DNA of 64,000 bases from Camelus dromedarius (taxonomy: Eukaryota). The stretch is from the NCBI RefSeq assembly GCF_036321535.1, contig NC_087447.1, forward strand, positions 38,814,001 to 38,878,000, in the 5' to 3' direction. Below are positions 1 to 12,885 of this stretch, piece by piece. The notes beneath the pieces are model-generated. The model worked only from the letters and a program-made list of their open reading frames with translations. It was not told the DNA's origin and ran no database searches. Made by a program: the position numbers and the translations under genes. Position 1 is the first letter of the stretch. Every line of letters begins with the position of its first letter.

Positions 1-285
1 GGAGGCCAAGGGAGCAAAACGGGACGTAGCATCCCTGCAGAGAATTCTGGGCATCTGGGCAGCAATAGGGAACAGGAATCCAGTTTTCCTGCAAGAAGGG
101 GCTTCAGAGGTTGAGGGGTGGCCCTGCCTTCTTCCTGCTCTGGCAATGAGAGACAGCCTGAGTCACAGGAGCATCTGAAGACGCCAGGGGTTAGCTCACA
201 CCAGCACAGGGCGCTTGGCGTGCACTTGCCTTTGGTAGGGCTGGGAGAGAAAGCACCATGTGAGCTGTACCCTCCCCATGTACAG

Positions 286-335
<50 letters not shown>
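286..335. repeat. (CA)n microsatellite
   Basis: About 25 CA units with one interruption, seen directly. Confidence 0.95.
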
Positions 336-337
<2 letters not shown>

Positions 338-2309
338 CGGCTTAACAGTCACAATAACCTTTACCTCCTCTGCCTCATTTAGCATCTGTCTCCATGTTGC
401 TTCCTACCATTAATGACTTGCCGAAAAAGTGAAAGGCATAAGTAAAAAACTGTGTGTGCTTTGCATGCTTGTGTGTATGTGTGTGTGTCTTTCACGTGCT
501 GTTCTCTCTGCCTGTAACACCTGCTGAATCAGTCGAGGTCCCGACAGGAAACAGATGGCCTACTCAAAATTGTATAATTCCAGGAGGGTCTATATGCAGG
601 GGGCCCTTGACAAAGCTGTGGGTGCAGGGGAAGCACAGGGGATTCATGCCCGGGGTGTCCTACCCTTAGGCCCAAAGCGACAAGTGATGGGGGGGCGGTT
701 ACTGGAAGCAGCTCATCCCACACACTTGTGGGCCCAGGATAAGAACACTTGGAGGCCTCCCAAACCACATGTCTAAATATTTGAAAGTCATAACTCAAAT
801 GAACAAACTGCTACATGAAATATATTCTATCTGTTGACCTTAGCAAATAAATCTTTATAACAACCAGGAAGATTGGGTTTGAATTGAGAAGTCTCTCACT
901 GCTCGGAGTTCTGTGTAGGAACAACACGGCAGAAGGGAAACATCTGGACACCCTTCTCTTCCCACCTCTACCTCTGCTTATAACCACAAGTGACCTCATG
1001 CATACAGCTGGGCACCTCATGCAACCCCCAGAACCTGCCACCCACGCATCACACACCCTTTGGCCAAGCCCTGAGTCCTAGGGCTGAGAAGGCTGGTGGT
1101 GCACAGGGGTGTGGGCACACAAAACGGAGGGGCAGGTGCAGGCGGCAGGGGCGGGGCCTCTTACACCATGGGCAGGGGTGCAGCCGGAGGAGGACCCCAG
1201 CGCTAAAGCACACTGTCCATGGTGTCCATGGCAGGGGCTTGCACTCAAGGATCAAAGGGAAGCACTGCTAGAGAAAGAGAGAATTTCCTTAAAGGACTGA
1301 GCCATTCCCCACCTCCCCAAGACAATTCCACAGGGAAGAAGACAGTTAAGTGACCCCTGAGCCCCGATCTCACGCTCCTTCCTCTGATTCCCTAGGGAGG
1401 GAGGGCTCCCCAACAGAAAGCCCGAGGGGGCAGGGAAGTTAGGGAAGTACTCCCAGGTAATCAGCCTCCAGAGCACAAAGCAGGATGGAGAAGGCTGGAG
1501 AGTGGGTCTGGAAGACATCTAGCTCTCTGTCCTCCTCATTTCCTCTAGTTAACTTCTGCTCAAGCTTTCAATGCCAGCTCAAGTGTCAATCTCTCAAGGA
1601 AATCCTACCTGACCTCCAGAGCTAAGCAAGTCTCTCTTTTAGGCGGCCCATGCTTCCTTGTCTTCGTCCTCCACGGCATTCACTAAAGTTTCTAACTGGG
1701 ATCTGTGTGGTTATTTTATTAATGGCAGTATCCCTACCAGACCACGAGCCCCACAAGGGCAGGGGCTGGATCTGTTTAGGTGGTGGCTGTATCTACTGCC
1801 TGGCATTGTTCCTGCTATACTATTTATGGTCCTCTCCGCTATGCTGGGGTCAGGGAGAGCTACGTTCAAGGGAAGGCAGAGAGCATACGTGACAGTAAGT
1901 GACACACACATGCACACACACACATATACATACACATACACACATGGATACAGATGCACACACATACTCAGGCATGCACGAATGCACGGGACTTGGAAGT
2001 GAGTCTTTGAGGGTTGAAATTCAGATTCCCATACAACTGATCAGAATCATCATCAGCTTAAATGACTCCCAGACCCCAGAGAAGCACTGAGGAACAGTAT
2101 GGCCACATCTAGAGAAGGTGAGCACGAGTCGAGAGACTGGGCAGCCACAGAAGCACAGAGAGAAGAAGCGCTTTCCAAACAGCATCCAGAGGACATGGTG
2201 CCCAGCCTGGTGGGGTAAGTGCCCAAGCCACTGGACAGGCTTGTCATCACTAGGGGAACGAGAGCATCAGTTTTCCAGGGTCTGATGCTATTAACATTTC
2301 CTATTCATA

Positions 2310-2407
2310 GGGAGGTGTATAGCTCAGTGGTAGAGCACGTGCCTAACAAGCACAAGGTCCTGGGTTCAATCCCCAGTACCTCCATTAAAAAACAAACAAA
2401 ACAAAAA
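2310..2407 (+). mobile_element. tRNA-derived SINE, camelid vic-1-like (short form)
   Basis: A-box TAGCTCAGTGG, B-box GGTTCAATCCC, A-rich tail, and a perfect 17-bp TSD AACATTTCCTATTCATA at 2293-2309 and 2408-2424. Confidence 0.9.
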
Positions 2408-3224
2408 AACATTTCCTATTCATAACTCCCTCATTCTGTTCTCATACTCACAAGCCCCCATTGATAACTTGGCTCCTAAGGAGCTGGCTGGCCAGGTCCA
2501 CACAATGACGGATTCGACCGTCAGGAGTACCGCTCCTTAGAAATTAGTGAAAGTGTTCGGATTTTATTCCCACTTCTTAGAGATTTTGTTAGCCTGGGTG
2601 GGCATTCCCAAATGTGATCACCTCTGGAAAGCTGATGAGTGTAGATTGATCCCAGGCTGCGTGAACTCACAGGACAATACCCAACAGAGAACCACCTCCA
2701 CCAACCCAGACGTGAAAAGTTTTCTCTTTTGTGAAATAGAAATAATGGTATTTTCAAAGGGGCTAACATTTATCAAGGGGAAGAGAGAGACATATTGAGT
2801 GGCGTGCAAATAGAAATGGTTTTGATTTTTCATTTTTCCTTTGACTTCTCCAGACCTAAATTGTCTTTTCAACTAGAATACATAGTAGCAGAGAGATGCA
2901 GAGGACACTGGGGTGACAGTGTCCCTGAGGAGGGAGCACGGGTGAGAGGGTGCTAGGAATAGAACAGGGGACGGAGAGGGACATCACCCGAGGTCCCTGA
3001 GGCAGTTCAGTGCGTAGGGAGAATAGTCATTTTTAATAGAAGTTCTAAGTTCACAGTGTGCATTAGATCTGAGGGGCAAGAAAACTCAGGAGGAATGGAA
3101 AAATCAGAGGCCAGGGAAGTTGGGAATGAGACAGGGTGAGGTACGAGGAGTGACCTCTGTTGAAAAGCACAAATAGCTCAGTGTGGACTCCCACTGTAAT
3201 TCGATTTTTATAAAAATATAAACA

Positions 3225-3480
3225 CAAAACGCCATGGGGTGTCCTGGATTGGATCCTGGAATAATAAAGGAATACTAGTGAAAAACCTAGTAAAAACTGC
3301 ATAATCTGTAGTTTCATTAACTGTGCTATACCAGTGCTAATTTCTTAGTTTTGACAAATGCATAATGGTTACAGAGGTGTTACCATTAGGAGAAACTGGG
3401 TAAAGGGTATATGGGAACTCTGTGTTTATGACTTTTCTATAAATCTAAAATTATTCAAAATTAAAAAGTGTTTTTTAAAA
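3225..3480 (+). mobile_element. Old L1 (L1MC/L1MD-like) 3' end fragment
   Basis: TCCTGGATTGGATCCTGGAA...AATTTCTTAGTTTTGACAAATG...GGGTATATGGGAACTC...AAATCTAAAATTATTCAAAATTAAAA resembles the recalled L1MC/MD 3'UTR. Confidence 0.7.
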
Positions 3481-3489
3481 TATAAAGAC

Positions 3490-3800
3490 CTGTTTGTTTT
3501 TTAACTCAGGAAAGTTTTCTTCAGTGCATCTTTGATTACTGTTTCTATTCTAATTTTTTTTAATATAATTCTTAGATTGGGTTTCTTTGTTCCACTTTTC
3601 AGAGCTATCATATTGTTCCTTACTGTTTTCATCTCTTTGTTCTTTTTCCTCTGAATCCTCGGAGACCTTCTACAACTCATTCTTCGCATCACTGATTTGA
3701 TTTTCTGCAATGCTGCTTCTCCTTGTCAGTCCTCTACTACTGCATTTTTAATTTCTTTGTAATTCATTCTTATCTCAGTCATCTTATTTACACATGCTCC
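3490..3800 (-). mobile_element. Degenerate old L1/HAL1 ORF1-like fragment
   Basis: T-rich + strand with TTCTTAGATTGG, TTTTCCTCTGAATCC and CACTGATTTGATTTTCTGCA, typical of antisense ORF1 remnants. Confidence 0.4.
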
Positions 3801-3875
3801 AGCTGCATTTTAATCAAAGACTATCTTCAGCTGTCACTGTATGCTATCATTTCACAGAGGCCACGGTATTTACGT

Positions 3876-3912
3876 TCTAGCAGACATCTATCTAGCAGAC
3901 ATCTATCTAGCA
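3876..3912. repeat. 15-bp tandem repeat x2.5 (TCTAGCAGACATCTA)
   Basis: Exact copies at 3876-3890 and 3891-3905, partial copy at 3906-3912. Confidence 0.9.
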
Positions 3913-5599
3913 TGACTTTGCAGACGGAAGTGGGTGCTTTCTCTTATTACCGTTAATGAGTAGTCCTTTGCGATTTGCCTACGGAGCACATGAAAATGAA
4001 CTCATAGTATGAACATGCACAGAACTCGTGCTGTGTCTGGAGCTGCCCGTGATATTTGCTTGTGAAAACTGCGTTACTGACAGTTTGGAATTCTTGACTA
4101 AAATCCTTGTATCTTCTGATTAATATATAAATCACAAATAAAACCTGGCTAAAGGCCGACATTCTATAATGTTGGGGGGGGGGCCCATCAGCAATAGGGC
4201 CTTATTATTAGAAGGTACTTTATAGGAAATGAGGGCGTGATTATGCACCACCAGGAACTGAATCAGGAAAACAAAATCTTTGCTGTGATCATGATGCCTC
4301 AGTGTAAAAATTATTTTTCTGTTACTCTGTGTCTGATAGAGAGGGTATTGTTTAGGGGCTGAGATATTATTCCACTGGAATCCAAATGGACAAAGCCTAC
4401 CTTTGTGAGTAGGAAACAGGGTTATTATCTGAGGAGGAAGTTCCTTTTGTGTGCCTGTATCAACCACCAGAGACTTGCTCATCAGCTGGGGAGAGAGCAA
4501 GGCTGTACCCTCAGACCAGAGTCTAAACTACAGGGAGTGCTGGAGGGGATGTAGGTCATTTTCCCTGAAGGCTGGAGGATGTCTGAGAGGCAGGTTTGGG
4601 TACGGTGGAAACAGCCCGGCACGTGCACAGGAGGGAAGACACGCAGGATGTATGAAATGAAGCAAAACTTCAGAGCCAGAAGCCACAGAGAACAGAATGA
4701 AAGACAAATAAAAAAAAAAAAAAGACATTTTCAAAGCCTATTTTTATGCTGCTTGAAGTTTCTATAATCTTCCCCCTTTTGTTCTCATTATTTAGTAAAG
4801 TTTCTTTAGGAAGTTAGATTGTTTTAAAAGATATTTCTGCAAGGCCAGCCTTCAGAGATGGTCATGGCACCCCCACGGATTAGATATGGTGACAGCTGAG
4901 CCAAGTGGGAGCCCCTCTAAAGGAAAGAGAATCTCGGAGTGATGGGGGGGGCCCTCACTTGCTGCCCTACCCCGTGCTTTGCCCGTCTGAAGATGGTTCT
5001 TGTGTAGACTTGTCATTCCCTGCTCAGTTTCAGACTTGCTCCCCTCTGCTGTCTCTGCCCTTTCCAGAACCTCAGAGGAGACCACATGCCTGCCAAGAAG
5101 GGGTTCTTTTTGCTTCCTGATCAACCAATAGTGGAAATCACTGAGATCACTTGAAACTCATGAACCCTCCTGTCCTTTGCTGGATAAAAGATTTGCTTAA
5201 TTAAGAAAAGAGTTCAATAAGTTCTAGAACCTGCTTTGCATTTTTAAAGCACTTAATCCACCACATGAATTCTCTTTTAGCAAATTTGGATCTTCCTCTT
5301 TTATTCTGTATAAATGCATCTGCTAGGACGCTACACCCTCGGATTAAGGACACAGGCATGGAAATTTTCTCCACTCAGTCACAACATCTAGGCTTCTTAA
5401 TTTTTTCCCCAACAAAGTTGAATTAATGCAATTCAGGCTCAAGAACTAGTACCCAACCTTGACCTCACAGTAAAATCCCAGGAGGAGTCATTAGTATTTA
5501 CAGAACACTTGCTACTTGCCAGATATTCTTTCAAGTGCTTTATGGGCAACAATAAATAAACAAGAGGGGAGGATGTCATAATGAAAAGAAAGACAAGAG

Positions 5600-5800
5600 A
5601 TCAACTTGGGAGTTTGATAAATTTGTTCAAATCCCCACTCTGCCATTTGTACCACCTATATAATTTCGGTCAATTTTCTTAACCATTTTATATCCCAGTT
5701 TCCTACTCTGTGAAAAGGAGCTAATAGTAATACCTGCTCTCCAGGGTGTTTTGCAAAGATTAAGAAAAATAATATTTGGAAAGAATGCCTGGCACGTACC
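5600..5800 (+). mobile_element. MIR SINE
   Basis: GTTCAAATCCCCACTCTGCCATT...CAGTTTCCTACTCTGTGAAAAGG...AATAGTAATACCT...GCCTGGCAC matches the MIR core. Confidence 0.7.
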
Positions 5801-7649
5801 CAGGGTCTCTTTCCTTTACTCCTTCCTGATGGAAGTGTTGTGTTAAGTGTGCAGAACGTGTACTGTTTGACCCACAAGACTACAAGAGGCAGTGGTTAGC
5901 TTTCTACCGCACAATAAATGGTCTCATTAATTTTCTGGCCAAGAGGGAGGAGAAGGGCTGGCAGCTTGCCGGGGCTAATGAAGTCATTTTGTAGGACTCT
6001 GGCTTGTCATTGATGAATGAAACTCATCCCACCATTACTCTGCAGGGCAGCAAAATCCAAATGAGATGCAGTGATGAGAGTCCAACGCCCAAGGGTGTGG
6101 AGAAGTGTTGATCCTAGACATGAGTCCTGTGAGGTCAGAGGTCTGGTTCTGCAAAACACTGCCCCCAGGTATGTATGTTGGCCACTGTAGGTGCAGCCTT
6201 TCAGTTCTATTGCTGCTGCTGCCGCCGCCGCCACCACTGACCATACCACGTGGCTGTTCCATCCCGCCTGCCTCTTCATGGCCAGAGATGAGTCAAAACC
6301 ACCATCAGAACTTCTCCAGGCTTCCCTCAGTGTCCGGGCTCGGCTGCGCCTGGCTGGCACAATTAATTGCGGGAGGGAAGGGAGGGGTTTCTCTCTTCAC
6401 TAGTCCAAAGGCCCACCTCCTGAACATTTCTCAAGATGACTGGCTACTGGGATACTGGGATACTCTTCAGAGAAAATTCCCACCCCATCCACCAGACACT
6501 GGTCTGTTTGTAGGTCCCACAAGATACTCATAGGAGAGCCCCACGGAATGCATCTTCCATTGTCACATTTTGGTCTCTTCCAGCATTGCCTTGAGCCCAC
6601 ACTCTGAAATGAGGACCACATGCAGTTTACTCCGAGTGTAGCCACCAGTCTCCAAGGACCCACAGTCTCTAGTTTATGTTCACTAAGAGCTGGTGATTAG
6701 GGTGTCCATTGTGACCCAGGGAATAATTCTGGTGTAACTGGGGTCTTCCTCTGTGGGTTCCATGCTCCTGTGCTCTATTCCTTTGCCAAGCTGGGATGTT
6801 TCGGTCTCCCTTTAAATCTTAGACTCTGTTCCTGCACTTGTTTAAAACTAAAACTAAAACTTGTTTAAAACTAAACAAGTCTGTAGTATTGCTTTTTACA
6901 GAAGGTTTATCTTTTCCTTAGGGCATTGCCATTTTATCATTTCATGCATCACACAATCTATTTTTAAAAATGATTTTCAAAAGGTTTTTCTATAAGATAA
7001 CATAAGTTCTATAAAATATTCAAATACGACAAAAGTGAGTATTGTAGTCACCACCCCCCTCCCCTAGCAACACTACTCCCTGGTATTAACTAACTTTAAT
7101 TTGGTGTATATCTTTCCAGACCTTTTCCTAAGGGCTATAGTTTCATACTCCTAATTAAAGAGTACACATATTTTATTGCATAAAACATTCCATAATAATT
7201 TCCCAGTCTCCTTGAGCATTATTTTAAACATCTGCATAATATTCTAGTAAATGGAAATACCATAATTAGCCATTTGCCAAGTGTCAGTGAATTGGTCACT
7301 TCCAATTTTTCATGATTATAAGTAATACTGTGATAGATGTATTCAGACATTTTTTCATTTAAGATAATTTACTTTGGTTCAATTTCCGTAAGTGGAATTA
7401 CTTAGTGAAAGAGTATCAACAAGCTAAAGAAGCAATTTACAATTTAATGATAGGATGATAAGAAAGACATATAGCCAAGCAATGTGTTTGGGTAAGTAAA
7501 TGATAGTTTATCTGTATGATTGAATACTATGAAGTCATTAAAAATAATGTTGCAGAAGAACATGGAATATCATGACAAGATTCCCACTATACAAATTTAT
7601 AGTAATTTATAAAACACATTACAAAACTTTCTATGTAATTTGTACAAAG

Positions 7650-9302
7650 ACTGTTTATAATCAAAATTCTGAATAGAATTCATATGGGAATACCAAAGCT
7701 CAAGAATAGCAAGACAATCTTGAAGGACAAAACTGCAAGGCTCATGCTACCCAAAATCAAGACTGATGGCAAAGCTACAGTGATTAAGACAGTATAGCAT
7801 TAGTGAAATAATTTAAAAAAAAAAAAAAAAAAAAAGGACCAGAATGCAGAGGTCATACACTTTTTCTGAAAAGGGTCAGATAGTAAAAACTATGTAGGCT
7901 TTGCAAGTCACATGATCTCTCACAACAAACCAAACCTGCTGTTCTGGCCTGAAAGCAGCCAGGACAATACACATGGCATGGCTGTGTTACAACATAACTT
8001 CATTTACAAAAACAGGCAGCTGGCCATAGTTAATCTATCTCTTGTTAGAGAATTCAGAAACAGAGCTCTGTGTGTATGTGAGAGAGACTTGTGACAGAGG
8101 TAGTACTGAAATGCAGTGGGAAAGGATAGGTGTTTTTAAATTTTTTTTAATAAATTACATGGATCCAACTGGCTCCCATATTGAAAATAAAAACGAGATT
8201 TGATTCCTATCTCACATCATACGTAAAAATAAATTCCATCTCAATTACAGACATAAATGTGAAAAATCAAATGATAAAGCTTCTAGAAAATAATATAGGA
8301 GAATATATTCATGATCTTATGGTAGAGAAAGATTTCTCAGATAAGACACAAAAAGCATTAACCATAAAGGAAAAGAAAAGGACTAGTACATTGGGCTACA
8401 TTAAAATGATAAACTTTTTCTTCATCAAAAGGTGTTGGAAATCTACAGTCTGACAATACATGTAAGTGAAAGGGAGCTTATATTCAAGAAATATTAAAAA
8501 TAACTACAAACCAACTTTTAAAAAGAGATAGAAAATCAATCCAGTAGTAAAATAGGCAAGAGACTCGGACACTTGACAAAAAGAGAATATATAAATAGTC
8601 AATCGATATCTAAAAAGATGTTAAACTTTATTGGTTATCAGGGAAATGCAAATTGAAAAGATAATGATATGACTGTGATTAAATCGGGAATTCTTCATCC
8701 ATGACTAGGGACGTGGAATAACTTCTCATGCTCTCAATGCTGGTGGGTATAAACTGGTACCATCTCCTTAGGAAGATCTAATAAAGCAGGTAATATTCAT
8801 ACCTGTGACCCAGAAATTCCACTCCTAGGTCTGTACTTAACAGAAATGTGTATGCATGCATAGCAAAAGATGTGTACAAGAATGTTCTCAGCTACATTAC
8901 TCTTAATAGCCTCAAACTGGAAATGACTCAAATGTCTCTAAATAGTAGAGTGGATAAATAAACTTTAGTATATTTACACAATGCAAACTACACAACAGTA
9001 CTATTGCAATGAATGAATTCTCCTTCACACAATATGGATGATTCCCACATTCACAATTTGGAAAAAAGAAGCCAGGTACTAAAGACTGAAAACAGGCAAA
9101 ACCAACTCATGGCAACAGAAGTGGGGATATTGAGAGAGTAGTTAGTAATTGGGGGTGAGCATGAGAAGGAGTTCAAGTTCCCTTACTGTTCTATGTATTA
9201 CTCTGAGAGGCAGCTACCTGATTTATTCACTCTGTGATAAGTCATTGAGAGATACGCTTTTCTGTATGTATGTTAAATTTAATTTTTCTAAAAAGTTTGT
9301 TT
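7650..9302 (+). mobile_element. Old L1M ORF2 3' portion and 3'UTR, hosting nested elements
   Basis: Degenerate ORF2: AAAGCTACAGTGATTAAGACAGTA; ORF 8181-8453 (YLTSYVKINS...IKLLENNIGE); GACCCAGAAATTCCACTCCTAGGT. Confidence 0.8.
7847..8044. mobile_element. MER58A-like hAT-Charlie DNA transposon
   Basis: CAGAGGTC...AAAGGGTCAGATAGTAAA...TAGGCTTTGC...AAAGCAGCCA...GGCTGTGTT...ATTTACAAAAACAGGCAGCTGGCCATAGTT, which interrupts the L1M. Confidence 0.75.
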
Positions 9303-9315
9303 AAAATATATCTGA

Positions 9316-9630
9316 ACAGTGGGGTGCATGTATTTTTTCAAATTAGAGTTTCCTCCAGATAGATGCGCAGGAGTGGGATTTCTGGATCAAAGGTTAAGTT
9401 TATTTTCAGTTCTTTTAAAGAATCTCTATACTGTTTTCCATAATGGCTGCACCAAACTACATTCCCACCAACAGTGTAGGAGGGTTCCCTTTTCTCCACA
9501 CCTTCTCCAGCATTTACTGTTTGTGGACTTTTTAATGATGTTCAGTGTTCATAGCAGCACTATTTACAATAGCCAAGACATAGAAGCAACCTAAATGTCC
9601 ATCAACAGATGACTGGATTAAGAAGATGTG

Positions 9631-9693
<63 letters not shown>

Positions 9694-10161
9694 AATACTA
9701 CTCAGCCATAAAAAATAATGAAATAATGCCATTTGCAGCAACATGGCTGGACCTGGAGATTGTCATACTAAGTGAAGTAAGCCAGAAAGAGAAATAAAAA
9801 AAACATATGTATCACTTATATGTGGAATCTTGAAAAAATGACACAAATGAATTTATTTACAAAACAGAAACAGACTCACAGACATAGAAAACAAACTTAT
9901 GGTTACCAGAGGGGGAAGGAGGAGTGGAGGGATAAATTGGGAGTTCAAGATTTGTCAGATACTAATTACTAGACATAAAATAGATAAACAACAAGGTCCT
10001 ACTGTATAGCACAGGCAACTATATTCAGTATCTTGTAATTGTCTATAATGAAAAAGAAAATGAAAAGGAATATATATAACTGAATCACTAAGCTGTATAC
10101 CTGAAATTAACACAACATTGTAAACTAACAGTATTCAATTGAAAAAAAGAAATAGAAAAAC
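9316..10161 (+). mobile_element. 5'-inverted (twin-primed) truncated L1
   Basis: 9316-9540 is antisense L1 and 9541-10160 is the sense L1 3' end with an A tail. TSD ATATATCTGA at 9306-9315 and 10162-10171. Confidence 0.85.
9633..9690. repeat. (CA)n microsatellite inside L1
   Basis: About 29 uninterrupted AC units. Confidence 0.95.
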
Positions 10162-10254
10162 ATATATCTGAGTAGAAATAGAAATGAGGCAATTGATACT
10201 GTCTAAAACTGATAAATCAAGAGGTAAAGGTAAAAGCACATTTTTTCTCTTGAG

Positions 10255-10460
10255 CAGCATTGACCCAGAAAAGTTTCTGCGCTCATGTAAATGTTCTGTA
10301 TCTGCTCTGTCTAATAGGATAACTTCTGGCTACATACAGCAATTGAGTATTTGAATGTAGCTAGTGAGACTGAGAGACCAAATTTTTATTTTTATTTAGT
10401 TTTAATTAATTTTAATTTAAGGAGCCACGTGTGGCTAGTGGTCGCGTGCTGGACAGCATA
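10255..10460. mobile_element. MER3-like hAT-Charlie element
   Basis: CAGCATTGACC...AATGTTCTGTATCTG...TTTTAATTAATTTTAATTTAA...GCCACGTGTGGCTAGTGG...TGGACAGCA matches the recalled MER3 consensus. Confidence 0.8.
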
Positions 10461-11229
10461 GATCAGAGTCATGGAAGTAACCACCACGGGAAGCAGCCAT
10501 TGAAATATGATCTTTCTGGGAAGTGGGACAGTATGATGAGGTTGAGACAGAGCCAGGTTGCTTTTTATCATAAATTTTTTTGAACCATTTGATGTGTAAC
10601 TGTCTGCATGTATTACTTAGATAGAAATTAAAATTTAATTTAAAAAAAGAAAGCAAGCTTGACACACACTAAAAACTGCTAAAAATGGTTTATCCTTGGG
10701 TGGTGGGATTTACGGTGATTTTTCCTTTCTTCTTTTTTAAAAAAGTAACCATTTTCCAAAATGCTTACCATAAGCACATGTGGGAAAAGAACAAATAAAT
10801 AAATCAAAAGCTGAAACTAAATGCCAACAACAAATCAAAACTCTTTAGAGGCCGATCTGTACTTGTGCTATTATGGCAATAATGTGTGTAATGAGAATTT
10901 ATTGAAGATCATATTTTTTCTTTTCAACATTTTAATACCCAAACATGCTGGCTAAGCAGTGATTTCACATAAAGCATGTCAGATTTCTGCTACTCTCTGC
11001 TTCCTTATCAGGTACACAGATGGTTGAATTTGGGCTGAATCAACAACGCAGACTTTGATGTGGCCCATCCTTCAGGATGGTTGGAGTGGGTATCTTTGGA
11101 GGAATGGCTTCATTTTCCTGCTGCCCTGTCTCACAGTTCAACATTGAGGTCTTCTAAAGCCTAGATTTTTGGTGAACTTCTTAACAAGTTTGTGGTAAAG
11201 ATTATTATAGGTTCCTAACTGGTGTCCAG

Positions 11230-11615
11230 CTACCTACTGGACCCTGCCCATCGACATATTCTATAGGCCCCTCAAACTCAGCATGCCCAAACCAGCCACA
11301 ACCATCTTTCACACCCAAACTTACATTTCTCACGTTTCTCCTTGTACTTCCAGTGTGTACTCACCAAGCAGCCACGCTAGAAACCTGGACATCTACATTC
11401 AGCTTATACCACCTGCCTTCCCTTCTAGGACCCTGTGCTCTAGCCTCTCCAAACCACTCACTCTCCCCTGTGCCTTCCTGTTTTGTGCGTCTCTGCACTG
11501 GCATATGATGCTCTTGGCTAGAATGTCTTTCTTCACTTTGGCATCCTGGTGAATACTAACCTGTCCTTCAAGACCCATGTCAAGTGTCATCTCCTCTTAA
11601 AACCCTTCTGTATCT
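11230..11615 (+). mobile_element. L2 fragment
   Basis: CCTCAAACTCAGCATGCCCAAAC...CTAGAAACCTGG...TAGAATGTCTTTC...TCCTTCAAGACCCA...TGTCATCTCCTC. Confidence 0.6.
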
Positions 11616-11639
11616 TGACATATAATAAAGATCCACAAG

Positions 11640-12200
11640 CCTAAGTGAAACTGCTCAACCTTCAGCACCCACTCAAAGGACAGTCACGTGACCTGTCCTC
11701 TGGTTACAGCTATTGGGCCAGGGGCGGGTACCTGACATAGGGATACACACTTGACCGAGGGCAAGACATTCGTAAGCTAGTCTACAATCTGTTGCAAAAT
11801 TTAAATTAGGAAGTGGGTGACTCTTGGCATGTAAATTAGACCTCAATAAAATGATTTAAAAAAATTAACCTAGAAACTTTGAAATACTGAGGCTCTTGCT
11901 AGTGAGAATTGAAGCTAAAAGCCCGGGAGTAGATTTGGGCCCTAAGGCGCCATCCTGACTGTGCACAGGTGAAAGTTCTGATGAGGCAGACTCTCTGACC
12001 ACGCAGAGGAAGGCTGCCAGGAGTGAGAAGGGGAGATGCCAAGAGAGACATCGTGAGACTCCAGGAGAGATGGAGAGAGCAGCGTGGAGGAGCCTCAACT
12101 GCCCACAGTTTTCCAACCACAAGCCCAGCTTGTGGGTTTCCTTACAGTAACTGCCCTTCTTTTATGATGAAGTAATTTGACCTGAAAACTAAAGGAAGTT
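11640..12200. mobile_element. Possible ancient ERVL-type LTR fragment
   Basis: GTCACGTGACCTG...ATTGGGCCAGGGGCGGGTACCTGAC motif typical of LTR16/LTR33-like elements; family uncertain. Confidence 0.35.
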
Positions 12201-12309
12201 GGCAAGAACGACTCCCCAGGTTACAAAAAGCAGAGTTCGTCTCTCTTTCATGTGCTCTCACGGCCTTTTGATGTTGCAATTTTTGTCTGTGATAATAGAA
12301 AATGCATTT

Positions 12310-12530
12310 TCATTGGAAAGAACGTGGCTCTTGAGTCAGATGGACCTGGCTTTTAACCTTGACTCATCACTAACAAACTTGGGAACCTGGGGCACATGAC
12401 TTCTCTTTGGGCCTTAATCTTCTCATCTGTGAAAATTGGAACAACCCTGATTGTGAAGATTTACTAAGATAACACATAAAACATTGGTGATGCTGCCCGG
12501 ATCTAAATAGATGCTCCATAAACATTAATT
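12310..12530 (+). mobile_element. MIR SINE
   Basis: GAGTCAGATGGACCTGG...TTCTCATCTGTGAAAATTGG...GATTGTGAAGATT...AATAGATGCTCCATAAAC. Confidence 0.7.
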
Positions 12531-12704
12531 CCTCTGTGCTTCCTCCCTCACTGGCTTGTGATTTTGGTGGCAGAAACTGTGTCTTGTTCCCTTTGGATGC
12601 CACCTTGGCATCTGGTACATTTCCTGGTGGGTAGAAAGTATTCACCAAATAGCTTTTTATTTAATTTAATAGTTAAATCCATAGAAGCACATGTTCCATC
12701 TTGG

Positions 12705-12885
12705 TAGGATTGTCATGTTTATCAAATAAAAATACAGGACGCCCAGATAAGTTTGAATCTCAACCAACAACAACAAATAATTTTTACAGTAAGTATGTCC
12801 ACTACACACTTACACTAAAAATTATTTGTTGCTCATCTGAAGTTCAAATTTAACCTAACTTCCTGTATTTTCTCTGGCAAGTCTA
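12705..12885. mobile_element. MER53-like palindromic hAT MITE
   Basis: TAGGATTGTCA...AAATAAAAATACAGGACGCCCAG...TCCTGTATTTTCTCTGGCAAGTCTA with terminal inverted repeats; degenerate 8-bp TSD CATCTTGG/CATCCTGA. Confidence 0.8.

Noticed and set aside
118..2090. ORFs with HTHT/CVCV runs (also near 9600, 47600 and 63300)
   Set aside because: Translations of (CA)n/(TG)n microsatellites.
2310..2385. tRNA gene (also at 12993, 25092 and 36228)
   Set aside because: A/B boxes are present but followed by A-rich SINE tails, with TSDs where visible and degenerate arms. These are SINE heads, not tRNA genes.
6007..6533. Poly-Ala/poly-Pro ORFs suggesting a transcription-factor exon
   Set aside because: They derive from a 27-nt triplet run; no recognisable domain or convincing splice sites.
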